Shown piece by piece: positions 63,398 through 64,000 of a stretch of DNA of 64,000 nt (position 1 is the stretch's first letter; each line of letters starts with the position of its first letter). This stretch comes from Ophelia neglecta (taxonomy: Eukaryota). The stretch is taken from the NCBI GenBank assembly GCA_965285935.1, contig CBDIWN010000045.1, forward strand, positions 1-64,000. The letters run 5' to 3'. Position numbers and translations under genes: made by a program. The notes below the pieces were generated by a model. The model was not told the origin of the DNA and did no database searches. It worked only from the letters and a program-made list of their open reading frames with translations.

Positions 63398-63548
63398 TCT
63401 CAATCCCAGGAAAAGTGGCCCTACATAGCAGTTGGCCCTTCATCGGAGGTACTTAGACATGGAAAAGATAGGACATAGGAATTAAAAAACTGTCCTGCCA
63501 TCGCAGGTGGCTCATCATCGGAGGGGCCCTACATCACAGGGACCGCTG
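63398..63548. mobile_element. MITE family B, left-truncated copy
   Basis: ctcaatcccaggaaaagtggccctac...ggccctacatcacagggaccgctg matches 26810-26990. Confidence 0.8.
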
Positions 63549-63876
63549 TTTTACTGCCCGTACAGTGTGCTCTCTGGTACTGTAAAGATGGCCCCGCCAC
63601 AGCGATCCTTGTAGGGTACAATTTACTCTCCCTATCCTTTTAATGATTTCTTAAATGTTTATTTATATGAACTCTTGTGTCTATAATATCTGGTAAATAT
63701 GTGCACCATATAGATTTAAATTTGACGAATGAAGCGAGTCTCATTCTGAATCAGAGGCTACATCACCGCCTTCCTCACAGCCTCGAATTGAGGGGCGGGC
63801 GAGTCTGTTTATTATTTTAGACCCCCTCTATGTACACGCAACGTCAGAGGAGCGATAGAAATGATTCATATATATA

Positions 63877-64000
63877 TAGTGAAACCTGCCTTAAAGACCA
63901 CCTCTATAATCAGACCACCTGTCAATTCAGACCACTGATATGAGGATCATGCTGTATACCTTCAATGTTAAATAACCTGTCTAAACAGACCACTCCCAAA
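63877..64000. mobile_element. MITE family A, cut by the window end
   Basis: tagtgaaacctgccttaaagaccacc. Confidence 0.85.

Noticed and set aside
63566-63615. Candidate next exon of gene 2 after tacag
   Set aside because: In the required phase it hits a TAA stop after a few codons and lacks the expected ISLSIEF-like motif.

Overview
Eukaryotic (animal, probably non-vertebrate) genomic DNA with GT-AG introns, three N-gaps and many repeats. There are no prokaryotic features. The left end holds the last four coding exons of a PCGF2/4 (BMI1/Psc-type) Polycomb RING-finger gene: the RAWUL domain plus a 5.8-kb terminal exon encoding a ~1,930-aa disordered Psc-like tail with short candidate motifs. 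The right end holds the first four coding exons (RING domain) of a PCGF2/4 gene on the same strand. This is either a tandem paralog pair ~51 kb apart or one gene mis-ordered across assembly gaps. The interval has no recognisable host protein gene. It contains several GC-rich minisatellites, many CAGT-ended MITEs, hAT-like MITEs, and a 2.3-kb fold-back element built from two transposase 5' halves (TAG...CTA ends, TTA target duplication, probably Academ-derived). Three splice junctions of the second gene have been locally tandem-duplicated. All family assignments come from reading the sequence by eye; no database search was run.
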